Position numbers and translations under genes: made by a program
Notes under the pieces: generated by a model
Seen by the model: only the letters and a program-made list of their open reading frames with translations
Database searches by the model: none
Told to the model about the DNA's origin: nothing
Shown here: piece by piece, positions 57,301 through 64,000 of the stretch
Layout: the number at the start of each line of letters is the position of its first letter
Position numbering within the stretch: the first letter of the stretch is position 1
From: Candidatus Woesearchaeota archaeon
GTDB taxonomy: Archaea; Nanobdellota; Nanobdellia; Woesearchaeales; 0-14-0-80-44-23
NCBI GenBank assembly: GCA_038874135.1
Contig: JAVZCZ010000001.1
Location: forward strand, 623,219-687,218
Direction of reading: 5' to 3'
Length of the DNA stretch: 64,000 nucleotides

Positions 57301-57781
57301 GGGTAGTTTCTGGTATTGTTAGATTGCCAGTTCCGTTTTCCGTCTCATTGTAGGTTGCACTTTCGTTTTCTAATATTGCAAGTCCTGTTATCCTTGTTCT
57401 TAAGATTCCTGTTGCATACAGCAGTCCAGTTATTCCTACGGCTATTAATAACACTGCTATTATCGGTGCATAATTGCGCGTTTCTCTTTCCTCTTCAATT
57501 TTTCTTATTTTTTCTTCTAATTCACTGAGTTTCTGTTGCTGCTGAGTTATCTCTTGCAGTTTTTCGTCTTTCCAATTCTCAGGCGTTTTTCCTTCAAAGA
57601 TTCTTGCTATTTCTCTGGTGTACTCTTCTAAGCTATACTCATCCTTCAGATAGGCGATGTAGAGCTGTTTTCTGGTCGCGTCTGTTATTTCTATCTTCTT
57701 CCTAAGCAGGTCTATGGTTGTGGCTGTCTTTTCTATTTCTGCCCTAATCTTCACTATCCTTTCACGCTTGGATTTATTCAT
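54398..57781 (-). CDS. Type II membrane protein (1127 aa) with cytoplasmic coiled-coil, single TM and a huge sequon-rich ectodomain
   Basis: N-terminal coiled coil (about 110 aa), then the TM IIAVLLIAVGITGLLYATGIL, then dozens of N-x-T/S sequons. These include the tandem ENITQNISEE(I/V) repeats, which are mirrored by 40-bp nucleotide direct repeats at about 57018 and 57108. Confidence 0.7.
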   Translation of the reverse strand: MNKSKRERIVKIRAEIEKTATTIDLLRKKIEITDATRKQLYIAYLKDEYSLEEYTREIARIFEGKTPENWKDEKLQEITQQQQKLSELEEKIRKIEEERETRNYAPIIAVLLIAVGITGLLYATGILRTRITGLAILENESATYNETENGTGNLTIPETTQNLSSWENITTQNATEVTTQENITIIETNETNQTSENITSESNETGITETSTNITENITQNISEEIPQENKTSEQTIENIPQNITENITQNISEEVTQNITEKAPVLTKEIPTITLEINESAIINLSEYFTEENGRELSYIAIGADGLTITIEKEIAEIRAEESGYYTIKFAASNTNEITYSNEVEVEVLPQQKTAIECIFNPIILTENYTTINLREYCTGGKDQNITYSVIESANIRAETKGEILNIWKEDQSTGLGYVILEASTGEIKSRFTIIIEMFEKGVIIISQEFVQSKAEIGKPVEWTHKISLRKVSNETQTIDIVLPKDAKNITVYKRYGSLNIQVTEALVSVDNKTENIENYNRGETQIQSSVQTITGAAIKTTRSITDFAERVVSFVYKIFAELSRITGFAVYSEENTTTLILEENASQENITTGSVLQATENQTVTQEITTENGTAETSENVVIQEKEEENGTSAQTLTEIPQVAKEVTPPAKIDEAIKLIIPEKDEETQYLIRFTTPAPEKIEEKPTKDQNTWKKKVTIRSESYIHYENTTAYSSIPESLPEQVKLFWIVNGTKQDVTNDERFNVQLIDLNGNGRVEKVVWTVPLLSEEEFELQIDLIIITVQSFPMIGGNWTTAFNTTGTANLIITAYNGTTYREEPNDNNETEDDLRFIELKCGNNIINKNRIIVISNASCTDGKIENSTLGCTSDGELSYINYTTLMDSELSIPVISIMVENYNCSTTSYYTVNVLTGGKHTQQFRFGNKTAYAYNMAGLPIVTLESPVNNSIIHTGTLLKFTISGANASWYNIDGGTNNTLNAPYYINTTNLTDQQTHTITIYANNSLGDIGTYIYSFMFNNSAYGHLEPYYVWPYEPYGNTTVPYQKFFTFKAGVRCVGGPCGDLNATLDPLELHKMLEDSIKRKIEEYLNSQSYNETGRKFRVDWNGVIVTDYNQEEVNYLISVSPDEK

Positions 57782-58361
57782 TTGACAGTTTCTTTTCAGC
57801 TCTTTTGGCTATTGTCCAGATTGTGCGCGGATCCCTTTTGAGTGTGGATGCAATTTGGCTCAGTTTGAGCCCTTTTCCTCTGAGATGATGCACTATTGCC
57901 TCTAGGACGGAGAGCTGCCTTGAGGCGATGATTGAGATTGGAATCTTATTTTCAGAAGCGGCATCCAATTGTTCAGGCATTTTGGAGCTCGCATTTTTGT
58001 AGGTGCTCCAGATTGTCCTGGGGTTTCTGTTGAGAATTTTTGCAATTTTGCTGTAAGAGTACTTCTTGTTCTCTACTAGATATTTTACTATACTTTCGAA
58101 AGGAGATATCTTTGTGTTAAAGATTGAATCTGGAAAATTTTCAGAGCTCTCTTCTGTTGGTTCTATGCTTTTTAGAAGTGTTAAAAGTATTTCGGAGGAT
58201 AGCTCTTCTGTTTTCTTCTGTATTATTCTTGTTATGATTTCGTTAAGCGCGCTTTGAAGCTTCTTACTCTTTAGGCTTTCATCTCCTTGCTTTTCTAAGA
58301 ATTCCTTATTTCTCAAGTATTCTTCGCGCGCGATTTTAAACCACTCTACCAAAAGCCGCAA
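57774..58361 (-). CDS. Small double-HTH protein, paralog of 53836-54330
   Basis: 195 aa. HTH1 is YSYSKIAKILNRNPRTIWSTYKNA and HTH2 is GLKLSQIASTLKRDPRTIWTIAKRAEKK. There is an 8-nt overlap with the 1127-aa gene. Confidence 0.55.
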   Translation of the reverse strand: MRLLVEWFKIAREEYLRNKEFLEKQGDESLKSKKLQSALNEIITRIIQKKTEELSSEILLTLLKSIEPTEESSENFPDSIFNTKISPFESIVKYLVENKKYSYSKIAKILNRNPRTIWSTYKNASSKMPEQLDAASENKIPISIIASRQLSVLEAIVHHLRGKGLKLSQIASTLKRDPRTIWTIAKRAEKKLSNE

Positions 58362-58387
58362 AAGTGCTACTAATATATTGATTTACT

Positions 58388-58502
58388 CATTATGTAAGAT
58401 TATTTATATATAAATATTTTGAATTTTATTATTTTTTACTTATTTTGTAAGATTATTTATTACTTATTATGTAAGTATTATTACTTATTATGTAAGTATT
58501 AT
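58388..58502. promoter_or_regulatory. Four copies of a 21-bp AT-rich direct repeat (consensus cttattatgtaag(a/t)ttattt) in the divergent promoter between the double-HTH gene and pheS
   Basis: Copies at about 58388, 58438, 58461 and 58482. The last two are perfect tandem acttattatgtaagtattatt. They share a TAAG(T/A)(A/T)TT core with the repeats at 54331-54396. Confidence 0.5.
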
Positions 58503-58547
58503 TTTTTGTGCAAAGATTTATATAGATTTTTCTTTTCCAATTTTGAG

Positions 58548-60089
58548 ATGGCCTCTCAGAACCTGAACGAGATTATAGAAGGTCTTCACCCATATGAAAA
58601 AAAGGTGCTCTCAAATCTGCACGAGCCTACCACATTTGAGTCGCTGCTGGAAAGAACTGGCCTTAAAGATGTCCAGCTTATGAGGGCAATTCAGTGGCTT
58701 CAGAATAAGGGGCTTGTTTCTGTTAAGACCGAGCTTAAAGAGGTGGTCGTTCCCGATTCTAACGGGAAGATTTATCTTAAGCAGGGGATGCCTGAGCGCA
58801 GGTTTCTTGAAGCTATAAGTGCCGGGCCCTTGACTGTTTCAGAGCTGAAATCTAAAACGGGGCTTTCTGATCAGGAGGTTGAGGTTTGTATTGGCATCCT
58901 GAAGAAGAAGCTCGCAATAGAGATTCAGAAGACAAAGAAGGGACTGCAGTTCTCAATTACTGAAAATGGCAGAAACATACTCAGTCAGGGCTCTCTTGAG
59001 GAGAACTTCCTTAAGCGCCTTCCAATTGAGGTTTCCAGTATGGAGCGCGAGGACAGATTCTGCTATGAAGAGTTGAGAAGGAGAAATAGGATTGTTAAGA
59101 ACGAGGTTATTAACAGCAGAGTAATCCTTCCAACCGAGCTTGGCTCCCAAATTTCTTCTTATGATTTAAGCCAGGATTTGATAGAACAGCTCACTCCAGA
59201 GATAATCAAGAGTGGCGAGTGGAAGGTTAAGAAATTTCGCAGGTACGATGTCAAGGCTCCCGTTCCTCAAATATATTTTGGAAGGCGACACTTTGTAAAT
59301 GAGACGATAAGGTATATAAAACGCATCTGGCTGGACCTTGGTTTCAGAGAGATGGAAGGCAACATTGTTCAATCCAGCTTCTGGAATTTTGACGCACTGT
59401 TCACCCCCCAAGATCATCCTGCTAGAGAGCTTCAGGACACATTTTTCCTAAAAAATCCGGCAAACAGCTCACTTCCAGACGCGTCTTTAGTCAAAAGGGT
59501 ATCTCAAACCCATGAGAACGGCTGGAAAACAGGAAGCACTGGATGGCGCTACCGTTGGAGTTCTGAGGAGGCAAAGAAATTGGTTTTAAGGACACACACC
59601 ACAGTGCTTTCAGCTAGGACAATTGCCTCCCTTAAAAAGGAGGAGCTTCCTGCAAAGTTCTTTGCAGTTGGCAGATGCTTTAGAAACGAAACTCAGGACT
59701 GGAGCCACCTCTTTGAGTTCTACCAGGTAGAAGGCATAGTTGTTGATCCAAACGCCAACTTCAAACACCTCATCGGCTATCTGAAACTCTTTTATAACAA
59801 GATGGGATATGATGAGGTGAAAATAAGACCGGGATACTTCCCATACACAGAAATGAGCGCAGAGATTGACGTTTACGACCGCGAGCATAAGAAATGGATA
59901 GAGCTCGGCGGGGCGGGAATATTCAGGCCAGAGGTGGTCAAGCCACTCTTAGGAGAGGACATTCCAGTTTTAGCATGGGGCTTAGGGCTTTCAAGGATAA
60001 TATCACAATACTACAAGCTTGACGATTTGCGAAGACTGCACAGCAACAACCTTAAGGAGCTGAGAGAGGCAAGGGCCTGGCTCAGGTGA
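58548..60089 (+). CDS. pheS: Phenylalanyl-tRNA synthetase alpha subunit
   Basis: Class II motifs (FDALFTPQDHPARELQDTFF, GRCFRNE, GAGIFRPEV). The start is trimmed to MASQNL; the upstream Tyr/Leu/Cys-rich extension is translated repeat DNA. Confidence 0.85.
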   Translation: MASQNLNEIIEGLHPYEKKVLSNLHEPTTFESLLERTGLKDVQLMRAIQWLQNKGLVSVKTELKEVVVPDSNGKIYLKQGMPERRFLEAISAGPLTVSELKSKTGLSDQEVEVCIGILKKKLAIEIQKTKKGLQFSITENGRNILSQGSLEENFLKRLPIEVSSMEREDRFCYEELRRRNRIVKNEVINSRVILPTELGSQISSYDLSQDLIEQLTPEIIKSGEWKVKKFRRYDVKAPVPQIYFGRRHFVNETIRYIKRIWLDLGFREMEGNIVQSSFWNFDALFTPQDHPARELQDTFFLKNPANSSLPDASLVKRVSQTHENGWKTGSTGWRYRWSSEEAKKLVLRTHTTVLSARTIASLKKEELPAKFFAVGRCFRNETQDWSHLFEFYQVEGIVVDPNANFKHLIGYLKLFYNKMGYDEVKIRPGYFPYTEMSAEIDVYDREHKKWIELGGAGIFRPEVVKPLLGEDIPVLAWGLGLSRIISQYYKLDDLRRLHSNNLKELREARAWLR

Positions 60090-60098
60090 GGTTAGAAA

Positions 60099-61742
60099 AT
60101 GCCTACTATAAACATACGCAAGAACTATCTCAGAAAGCTTTTGAAGAGAAGGTATTCTGAAGAATTTATTCTGAATAGGATTTCAATGCTGGGCACTGCA
60201 ATAGAAGGCGTCACTAGAGACGAGTTCATAATAGAAGTGTTTCCAAACAGGCCAGATATGCTCTCTGTAGAGGGCTTCGCTAGGGCACTCTCACTCTTCA
60301 CAGGCGCTCGGAAGTCACTGCCGAAGTACTCTGTAGCTGAGAGCGGGCTCAAGGTTCTAGTTGATAAGAGCGTGTCTAATGTAAGGCCATTTATAAGGTG
60401 TGCCCTGGTGAAAAATGTAACCTTGAATGATGATTCTATTAGGAGCATAATGCAGGTTCAGGAGAAGCTGCACCAGACGCACGGTAGGAAGCGCAGGAAG
60501 GTAGCAATTGGAATTCACGATTTCAGCAGGATGAAGTTCCCCTTAACCTATAAGGCTGTTGATCCCGATTCGGTATCCTTCATTCCTTTGGGAGATAATA
60601 AAGAGATGAGCCTTTCTCAAATTCTTAAAAGGCATCCTAAGGGGCAGCAGTATTCCTTCACGCTTGAAGGCTTCTCAAAATACCCACTGCTCGTGGATGC
60701 TAATGGGAATGTGATGAGTTTTCCCCCAATAATAAATGGGGAGCTCACTGCTGTAACTGAGAAGACGCGTGACATCTTCATAGATGTAACTGGCAGTGAT
60801 GAAGCTGCTGTTGAGCAGGCGCTTGCAATAATGGTGACAACATTTGCGGATATGGGAGGCAAAATATACTCTGTAAAATGTGGGGTTAAAAATTCTCCAA
60901 ACTTGAAATGGCGCAAGCTTCCTCTAAACCTTGCATATGTAAACAAGCTTTTAGGGCTTTCTCTTAAAAAGTCAGACTTGAAAAAACTACTTTTAAGAAT
61001 GGGAATAGGCTTTGACGGAAGTAATGCTCTGATACCCCCATACAGGGTTGATATCCTACACCAGTTTGATTTAGTTGAGGAAGTAGCAATAGCTTACGGC
61101 TATGAAAACTTTGAAGCAGAAATTCCGAAAACAGCAACCATTGGAAGTGAGAGCAGCTCTGAAATCTTCTTTAACCACCTGAGCTCAATAATGGTTGGCT
61201 TCGGCTTTATTGAAACGAGCACTTATCACCTCTCAAATTACACAGACATAAAGATTAAGATGAACTATGCACTTCCCTATGTTGAGCTGGCAAACTCTGT
61301 ATCTTCAGAATACAACCTGCTGAGACCCTGGCTTCTTCCGATGCTCATGAAGGTGCTCTCAGAGAATAAGACGCAGGCTTTTCCTCAAAAGCTGTTTGAG
61401 ATAGGAACGATTTTCATTCCAGATTCAAAAGAGGAAGTGAAGGTGTCTGAAAGGAAGTCCTTTGCAGCTGTGATTTCTGAGAGGAGCGCTGATTTTACAA
61501 AGATAAGGCAAGTGTTAGATGCAATCATGCTTGCTCTTGGCTTACGCTTAGAACTGGAGCCCTGCGAGCACCCATCTTTTATTTCGGGAAGGGCCGCTTC
61601 AATACTTGTTGAGGGCAAGAATGTGGGCATTATTGGAGAGATAAGCCCGGTAGTTCTTTCATCCTGGCAGGTTGAGACTCCTGTTGCGGCTTTTGAGATT
61701 GACGCTACTCTTCTCAAAACGCTAACTGAAAAGGTAAGATGA
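60099..61742 (+). CDS. pheT: Phenylalanyl-tRNA synthetase beta subunit
   Basis: 547 aa archaeal PheT with B3/B4 and B5 domains, immediately after pheS. Confidence 0.85.
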   Translation: MPTINIRKNYLRKLLKRRYSEEFILNRISMLGTAIEGVTRDEFIIEVFPNRPDMLSVEGFARALSLFTGARKSLPKYSVAESGLKVLVDKSVSNVRPFIRCALVKNVTLNDDSIRSIMQVQEKLHQTHGRKRRKVAIGIHDFSRMKFPLTYKAVDPDSVSFIPLGDNKEMSLSQILKRHPKGQQYSFTLEGFSKYPLLVDANGNVMSFPPIINGELTAVTEKTRDIFIDVTGSDEAAVEQALAIMVTTFADMGGKIYSVKCGVKNSPNLKWRKLPLNLAYVNKLLGLSLKKSDLKKLLLRMGIGFDGSNALIPPYRVDILHQFDLVEEVAIAYGYENFEAEIPKTATIGSESSSEIFFNHLSSIMVGFGFIETSTYHLSNYTDIKIKMNYALPYVELANSVSSEYNLLRPWLLPMLMKVLSENKTQAFPQKLFEIGTIFIPDSKEEVKVSERKSFAAVISERSADFTKIRQVLDAIMLALGLRLELEPCEHPSFISGRAASILVEGKNVGIIGEISPVVLSSWQVETPVAAFEIDATLLKTLTEKVR

Positions 61743-61745
61743 ACC

Positions 61746-62069
61746 TTAATTCTTTTTTTCACCAGTTTCAGTTTTATCTTTTGCTCTCTGCTTTGAAGGT
61801 TTTTCAGATTTTTCTTTCTGCTCCTTCTTCTTTTCCTTTTCTTTTAACTCATAGCCCGCGCTTCTTAATGCCTGAACAACCTCTTCATGAGAGGCATTCT
61901 TATTTATCTCAACCTTCCTTTCTGATGGTTCTAAATGCTTTATGTTACACTTTCGCCTTCTGCAAGCTCCGTCTACTATAACATAATTGCTGTTTATTAC
62001 ATCTATCACTACGCATATACTCCCTGCGTCCCTTCCAGCTATTTTAGTGCAAACTCTTCCTATCTCCAT
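61746..62069 (-). CDS. rpl14e: 50S ribosomal protein L14e
   Basis: KOW-like N-terminus MEIGRVCTKIAGRDAGSICVVIDVI with a Lys/Glu-rich tail. It sits in the expected SecY-proximal ribosomal cluster position. Confidence 0.7.
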   Translation of the reverse strand: MEIGRVCTKIAGRDAGSICVVIDVINSNYVIVDGACRRRKCNIKHLEPSERKVEINKNASHEEVVQALRSAGYELKEKEKKKEQKEKSEKPSKQRAKDKTETGEKKN

Positions 62070-62087
62070 TTTTTACACCTCGCCCAG

Positions 62088-62831
62088 TTAGTATACTTTC
62101 ATCAGCTTTCTGAACAGGCTGTTAAATATCAGGGCAAATATAAAGTATGACCAGAACCACCCCATGCTGAATCCTCCCAACTTTATCACCTTTCTGGGAG
62201 CGTTTCCTATTTCTATTGAGGTGATGTTTCCGCTCAGTTTTGTTATTGGATTTTCATACTTTGTGCCACTAGTTATGATAACCCTTTTTTCATAGCTCAC
62301 GTTCCCAAATGTGAATGTTAAATTGTATACGCCTTCTTCTCCAGAGAGTAGCCATCTTGCTTTTCCGTTCTGAATTTCCCTTGTAATATTTCCGTCCAGC
62401 ACCTGCAGCTGCGGCGTTGCATTTAAGCTAACTTCCCCGCTAACTCCCGACTTGAATGAAAGCGTTACATTAAATGGCTGTCCTGGAATTATTGGTTCGT
62501 ATGCCAGGTTTGCAGACATCCAGGCGAATATCAGTATTATTGGTATCCAGCTTATAAGCATCGGCTTTAGAGAGTGGCGCATGTACTCTCCGTTTATGCT
62601 CATCATTTCAGAATTTATCTTCATAAGCTTCTTAGTGTCAGAGCCGGCGTTTTTAGCTTCCTTCTGAAGTTGGGAGAGCCTCTCCTTGAGTTCCTTCATC
62701 CTCTTCTGGTCTGTAGCGTATTTGTATATCAATGTCATTATAAATGTTATTAATATTGAGAATAGTATGACTGTGATCAGCGGGCTGAATCTTATCATCT
62801 GAGATAGTCCATCATCCAAAAATGACAACAT
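62088..62831 (-). CDS. DUF106/EMC3-like membrane protein (archaeal YidC/Oxa1-like insertase candidate) with extra C-terminal domain
   Basis: TM1, then a coiled coil (KRMKELKERLSQLQKEAKNAG), then TM2 and TM3, which is the DUF106 topology. It sits in the conserved archaeal slot downstream of secY. It has an additional C-terminal domain of about 120 aa. Confidence 0.45.
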   Translation of the reverse strand: MLSFLDDGLSQMIRFSPLITVILFSILITFIMTLIYKYATDQKRMKELKERLSQLQKEAKNAGSDTKKLMKINSEMMSINGEYMRHSLKPMLISWIPIILIFAWMSANLAYEPIIPGQPFNVTLSFKSGVSGEVSLNATPQLQVLDGNITREIQNGKARWLLSGEEGVYNLTFTFGNVSYEKRVIITSGTKYENPITKLSGNITSIEIGNAPRKVIKLGGFSMGWFWSYFIFALIFNSLFRKLMKVY

Positions 62832-62851
62832 CTTTTTACCTCCACAAGGCT

Positions 62852-64000
62852 TTATCCTTTTATGAACTTCCTGACGGTAGGATTCATATCAACTGCGTGC
62901 TCTCTTGCAATCCTCTCATAGAATTGGTATATTATCATAACAGCGAGCAGTATCCCAGTTCCTCTTGAAAGCGCGCCTGAAATATCTGCAAATGCAGCTA
63001 GGAATCCAACTGCAATTGCACCCATAACAGTTAATGGGAATATGTATCTTTCCAGAATCCTTTCAAGTATCCTCTCATCCCTTCTGAATCCGGGAACTTG
63101 CAGTCCAGAAGCCAGAATCTGCTCTGCTTGGCTACGCGCATCCATTCCAGAAGTTTGGACCCAGAGGATTGAAAAGAGCACTGCACCGAGTATCATGAAA
63201 AGCATATAAACGAGGGCATGCGCAACATCCAGCCAAGTTAGCCCTCTAGTAACTATCCTGCTCATTATGTTAGGAGCGTTGAGCCAGGCAACAATTCCAG
63301 TAGTTGGAGTGTTCCCTGCAAAAGTTCCAAGTATTGGCCTTCCCATGTTTTGAAGGAGTCTTGCGATGAGCTGAATGTTAGCCATGAGTGCAGCCACTAA
63401 TATCACGGGAATGTTGCTGGTGTAGATAAAGTTTAGAGGCCATCTTATGCCATACCCTCTGACTCTGCCAAAGGATAATGGAATTTCAACCTTCATCGCC
63501 TGAAGGTATACTGCAATGGCGAAAACTGCGAAGGTGAAGAATATTGACATAAACATTAGAGAGGCTGTTTGGATGTCTCCACCTGTAAGACTCTTTATGA
63601 ACATCGGAATTGCTCCTATGTACGCTTCAGGATTTGCTGGGCTTTTAAGTGGTGAGAGCAGGGCTATGAATAGGCTTTTTGAAACGCCCGCAGCTATGAA
63701 CAGTGATATTCCCGAGCCGAATCCCCACTTGTTGCTCACCTCATCCATAAATAGGATCAGCATTCCTCCTAGGAATAGCTGAAATATGAGCACTAATTTT
63801 ATGAGCCCCTGGTTCGGAGCGTTTGGGTTGGGAGCGAGTCCTCCAGTGTAGACATACAAGGTAGCTTCAAGTATTATAAACGCTATGGATAGGAGTTTTT
63901 GGATGTTTTCAAAGTATGCTCTTCCTTCAGGCTCATTTATGTTTATTTTTAAAAGTCCAGCTCCTACTAGAAGTTGTAGAACTATTGAAGCCGTCACGAT
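62852..64000 (-). CDS. secY: Preprotein translocase SecY (partial, N-terminus beyond window end)
   Basis: SecY TM2-TM10 sequence (SIVLQLLVGAGLL, GNTPTTGIVAWL ...). The ORF runs off the window end. Confidence 0.85.
   Translation of the reverse strand: MVTASIVLQLLVGAGLLKININEPEGRAYFENIQKLLSIAFIILEATLYVYTGGLAPNPNAPNQGLIKLVLIFQLFLGGMLILFMDEVSNKWGFGSGISLFIAAGVSKSLFIALLSPLKSPANPEAYIGAIPMFIKSLTGGDIQTASLMFMSIFFTFAVFAIAVYLQAMKVEIPLSFGRVRGYGIRWPLNFIYTSNIPVILVAALMANIQLIARLLQNMGRPILGTFAGNTPTTGIVAWLNAPNIMSRIVTRGLTWLDVAHALVYMLFMILGAVLFSILWVQTSGMDARSQAEQILASGLQVPGFRRDERILERILERYIFPLTVMGAIAVGFLAAFADISGALSRGTGILLAVMIIYQFYERIAREHAVDMNPTVRKFIKG

Noticed and set aside
58419-58547. N-terminal extension of PheS (MNFIIFYLFCKIIYYLLCKYYYLLCKYY...).
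   Set aside because: It is a translation of the 21-bp AT-rich direct repeats in the promoter. The real PheS start is MASQNL at 58548.
1-64000. CRISPR arrays, transposases or IS elements, integrases.
   Set aside because: None were seen. The only repeats are the promoter direct repeats at 54.3 kb and 58.4 kb, the intragenic tandem repeats in the two giant genes, and the 90-bp Nsun conversion patch.

Overview
This window reads as archaeal chromosome, most likely from a small-genome DPANN-like archaeon (inference; about 38-40% GC by eye). It carries a typical archaeal information-processing core. One conserved ribosomal operon runs S13-S4-S11-RpoD-tRNA-Leu-L18e. The other marker genes are RNase P protein Rpp21, RfcS, Pelota, aIF5A, L40e, GatD and GatE, SRP54, Orc1/Cdc6, PheS and PheT, L14e and SecY. 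Bacterial-flavoured metabolic and cell-wall genes are also present: acetate kinase with phosphotransacetylase, a lytic transglycosylase, a bacterial-type ThrRS, PEP synthase and PPDK. RNA genes I can support are tRNA-Leu(GAG), tRNA-Thr(UGU) and an RNase P RNA; the RNase P RNA is not in the ORF track and is overlapped by a spurious ORF. There are three accessory regions worth attention. First, a tandem pair of pilin-like (class III signal) proteins with a beta-defensin-like six-cysteine C-terminal domain (3163-3684). Second, a five-gene minus-strand cluster of secreted and membrane proteins that includes three paralogous lipoprotein-like genes (6142-12166). Third, a roughly 17 kb cell-surface island (41556-58361). 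In that island a 2310-aa LamG-domain protein with intragenic tandem repeats and a 1127-aa heavily N-glycosylation-sequon-rich type II membrane protein are each preceded by a small paralogous protein made of two sigma-70-region-4/LuxR-like HTH repeats. Each of those HTH genes in turn sits downstream of direct repeats sharing a TAAGTATT core. I judge this HTH-plus-giant-surface-protein module the most likely undescribed system, and the defensin-like pilin pair the second. No CRISPR arrays or obvious transposases were seen. Coordinates for features I located by counting (tRNAs, RNase P RNA, repeats, rpl18e end, L40e) may be off by 1-2 nt.
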